Shown piece after piece: positions 61,930-63,845 of a stretch of DNA of 63,845 nucleotides. The notes below the pieces were generated by a model. That model was given only the letters and a program-made list of their open reading frames with translations, did no database searches and was not told the origin of the DNA. Numbering within the stretch: the stretch's first letter is position 1; every line of letters begins with the position of its first letter. The DNA lies in the NCBI GenBank assembly GCA_009103225.1, contig RHPI01000818.1:248001-311845 (forward strand). The letters are read 5' to 3'. Source of the stretch: Chlorokybus atmophyticus (Eukaryota; Plantae; Mesostigma and Chlorokybus algae). The position numbers and the translations under genes were made by a program.

Positions 61930-63845
61930 GATCCGTGTGCATAGGGCGTGCGAATGATGAGTACGAGCGCGCGCTGTGGGTATCCCCTGCTGATCCAGAT
62001 CCGACGCTTCCCACTCGCTGTGCGGCCACATCTGTTGGATGCCCTGCTCTGTCCATTGGCGGCAAAGGAGAGTGTGCGGCCCTGTTGAGTGCTCACAGGC
62101 GACCACGTCATGCACCAAGTGCACGACCGGAACGACGACTGACGCATAGAGCGACCCCAGCCATAAGTTACAGCCCGTACTATATCGTGACACAAAGAAT
62201 GCACATGAAATGAATTGTGTGCATGAACCCGAAGTCAAACAAGCAATACAAAAAGATATGTGGAGGCTTGTAAACGGTTGGGGGGGCTTTGCACCATTTT
62301 TTGTCAAGGGGAGTTGTAATTGGGGGGCTTCTATGCGGAGTGGATATAATAGCTGACATGAGTTGCCAATGTATGCCAACTTGCATGAACAGTGTACAAT
62401 ATGTTGGTTTATATATTCTCCACACACGCACCACAAAAGAGAGAGAGAAGCTTAAGCATCCCATTTCATGTTGTGGGTTGTATTGTATGCATGTTCAATC
62501 TCCTCACCTGTCATCAATTTCGTGGCGTTTTATATCGTATGGTGGCACCAATACGTCGTAGTCATATTTGCAGCAATTGTATTACATATTGCAAATAGTT
62601 GTGCAATATTAAATATAAAACCGTAAGGCATAAATCAAGATACCATATTAGCAATATGATATCTTATAACATTACGTGCTGCTGTACACAATAACGTCAT
62701 CGTGTGGTTTTGCTACGATAATGAACTTAAGGCTTACGTCCGTAAGCCTTCAGCATACCAGATGCTCTGTCAGCACGCTACCCCCACACTAGGAATGGCA
62801 GGTTTCATTGAGTCTAATCATGGCATGGCAGCATGCTATAGCTACGGTAATTAGACTAGGTAGCTTACTTTTATTGGCCAAGAACTATAATTGACAGACT
62901 CATTAAACATATTATGCCAGATACAACTGGATGACAGATTATAACGCGCCAACCATTCAGTATGTTGAACGCTACTTCTACTAGAGGTAGTATCTGATCT
63001 TGGTAAACTCAGATAGTGTAACTTTCGGACCCTGTTTAGCCATGGTAGATGCATGCAATGTGCTGGACGGTGTTTCTCTTCAATGTGGTGTGACCCGAGG
63101 AAGAGAGGTCCCTCCCCCCTGACTACGCGCTCACCTATAGGATGGACCTTCCCGACCGGTGTGTTTTGAGGACGGGGTGGTTAATACTTGAAAGCGCGTG
63201 GAGGACTTGTAGAGCTCGGCTGATAAAAAGACAATATAAGATGGTCACACCCGAAGCGCTGTGATTGATAGTGGCTGCCAATATACTCCAAGCAGTGCCT
63301 GTGTGGTATGGGCTTATTTGTAGCCCAGATGCATTTCTACAGCAAACAAGTAACTAACGCATAAAGGCAAAGCACAAGCATAAGAACAAGCACAAGCTCA
63401 AGCATGGCGGAAGCTTAATTATAGCAGGGGCAATGCAAGACTATAGCTATGTACATGTGCACTACCTAAGTGCGTGCAAGTGCGGTTGAGGGGCGTATAT
63501 CAGCAATTAGTAGGAACAACCAACCAACCAACCAACATGTGGCTAGCAGCGCCCCTGGTATTGTGCCAATCGTATACATTGCCAAGAGAGTAATGTTACG
63601 CATGAGCACCCACCGGCAACGTAAGGAATGTGTATGTCGCCGTCACGGCCAATGGCATAGCACAACTCACCCATCGCGACGCATCCAGCATCACGTTGCA
63701 GCTGAGGCACATGACTGTATGGTCCACACCCTGTGTGGCTTTGCATCGACATTAATGAGCTACACACCTCATGCCACGTACACCCTTGCACGCATGTGCA
63801 CTCTCGCATGCCCCCCCCCCCCCCCCCCCGCACGCGGACGCACAT

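Noticed and set aside
62729-62750. Hairpin AAGGCTTACG-TC-CGTAAGCCTT as a Helitron 3' end
   Set aside because: No CTRR terminus at the expected distance and no other Helitron features; an isolated palindrome.

Overview
Eukaryotic, intron-rich genomic DNA with short GT-AG introns, abundant (CA/TG/GC)n tracts and two assembly gaps. The gene content points to an early-diverging streptophyte alga with a flagellate stage, such as Chlorokybus or Mesostigma (inference): an auxin response factor sits alongside ciliary WDR34, RNF32 and the algal light-stress protein LHL4. Twelve spliced host genes were reconstructed by hand: ABCF5(+), ARF(-), a small plastid protein of probable cyanobacterial origin(+), SNF8(-), WDR34(+), an SDR(-), RNF32(+), an F-box/LRR-like gene(-), MZT1(+), DTWD1(-), NOM1(+) and LHL4(-). 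They alternate strand without exception. The accessory zone at 36.9-49.9 kb holds a tandem duplication of RNF32 plus the F-box gene with reciprocal decay. It also holds a young Ty3/gypsy chromovirus (TSD CTGCT, ~981-bp LTRs) inserted into one arm of an inverted duplication, and an indel-free 53-bp palindromic repeat array next to an orphan spliced ORF. The most unusual signal is the chromovirus polyprotein. It has no recognisable Gag and instead carries a degenerate Dam-like N6-adenine methyltransferase domain in front of the protease, plus a C-terminal chromodomain. The 4-16 kb region is non-coding and contains several decayed copies of an exon-like module. All protein identifications come from motif recognition by eye; no database searches were run.
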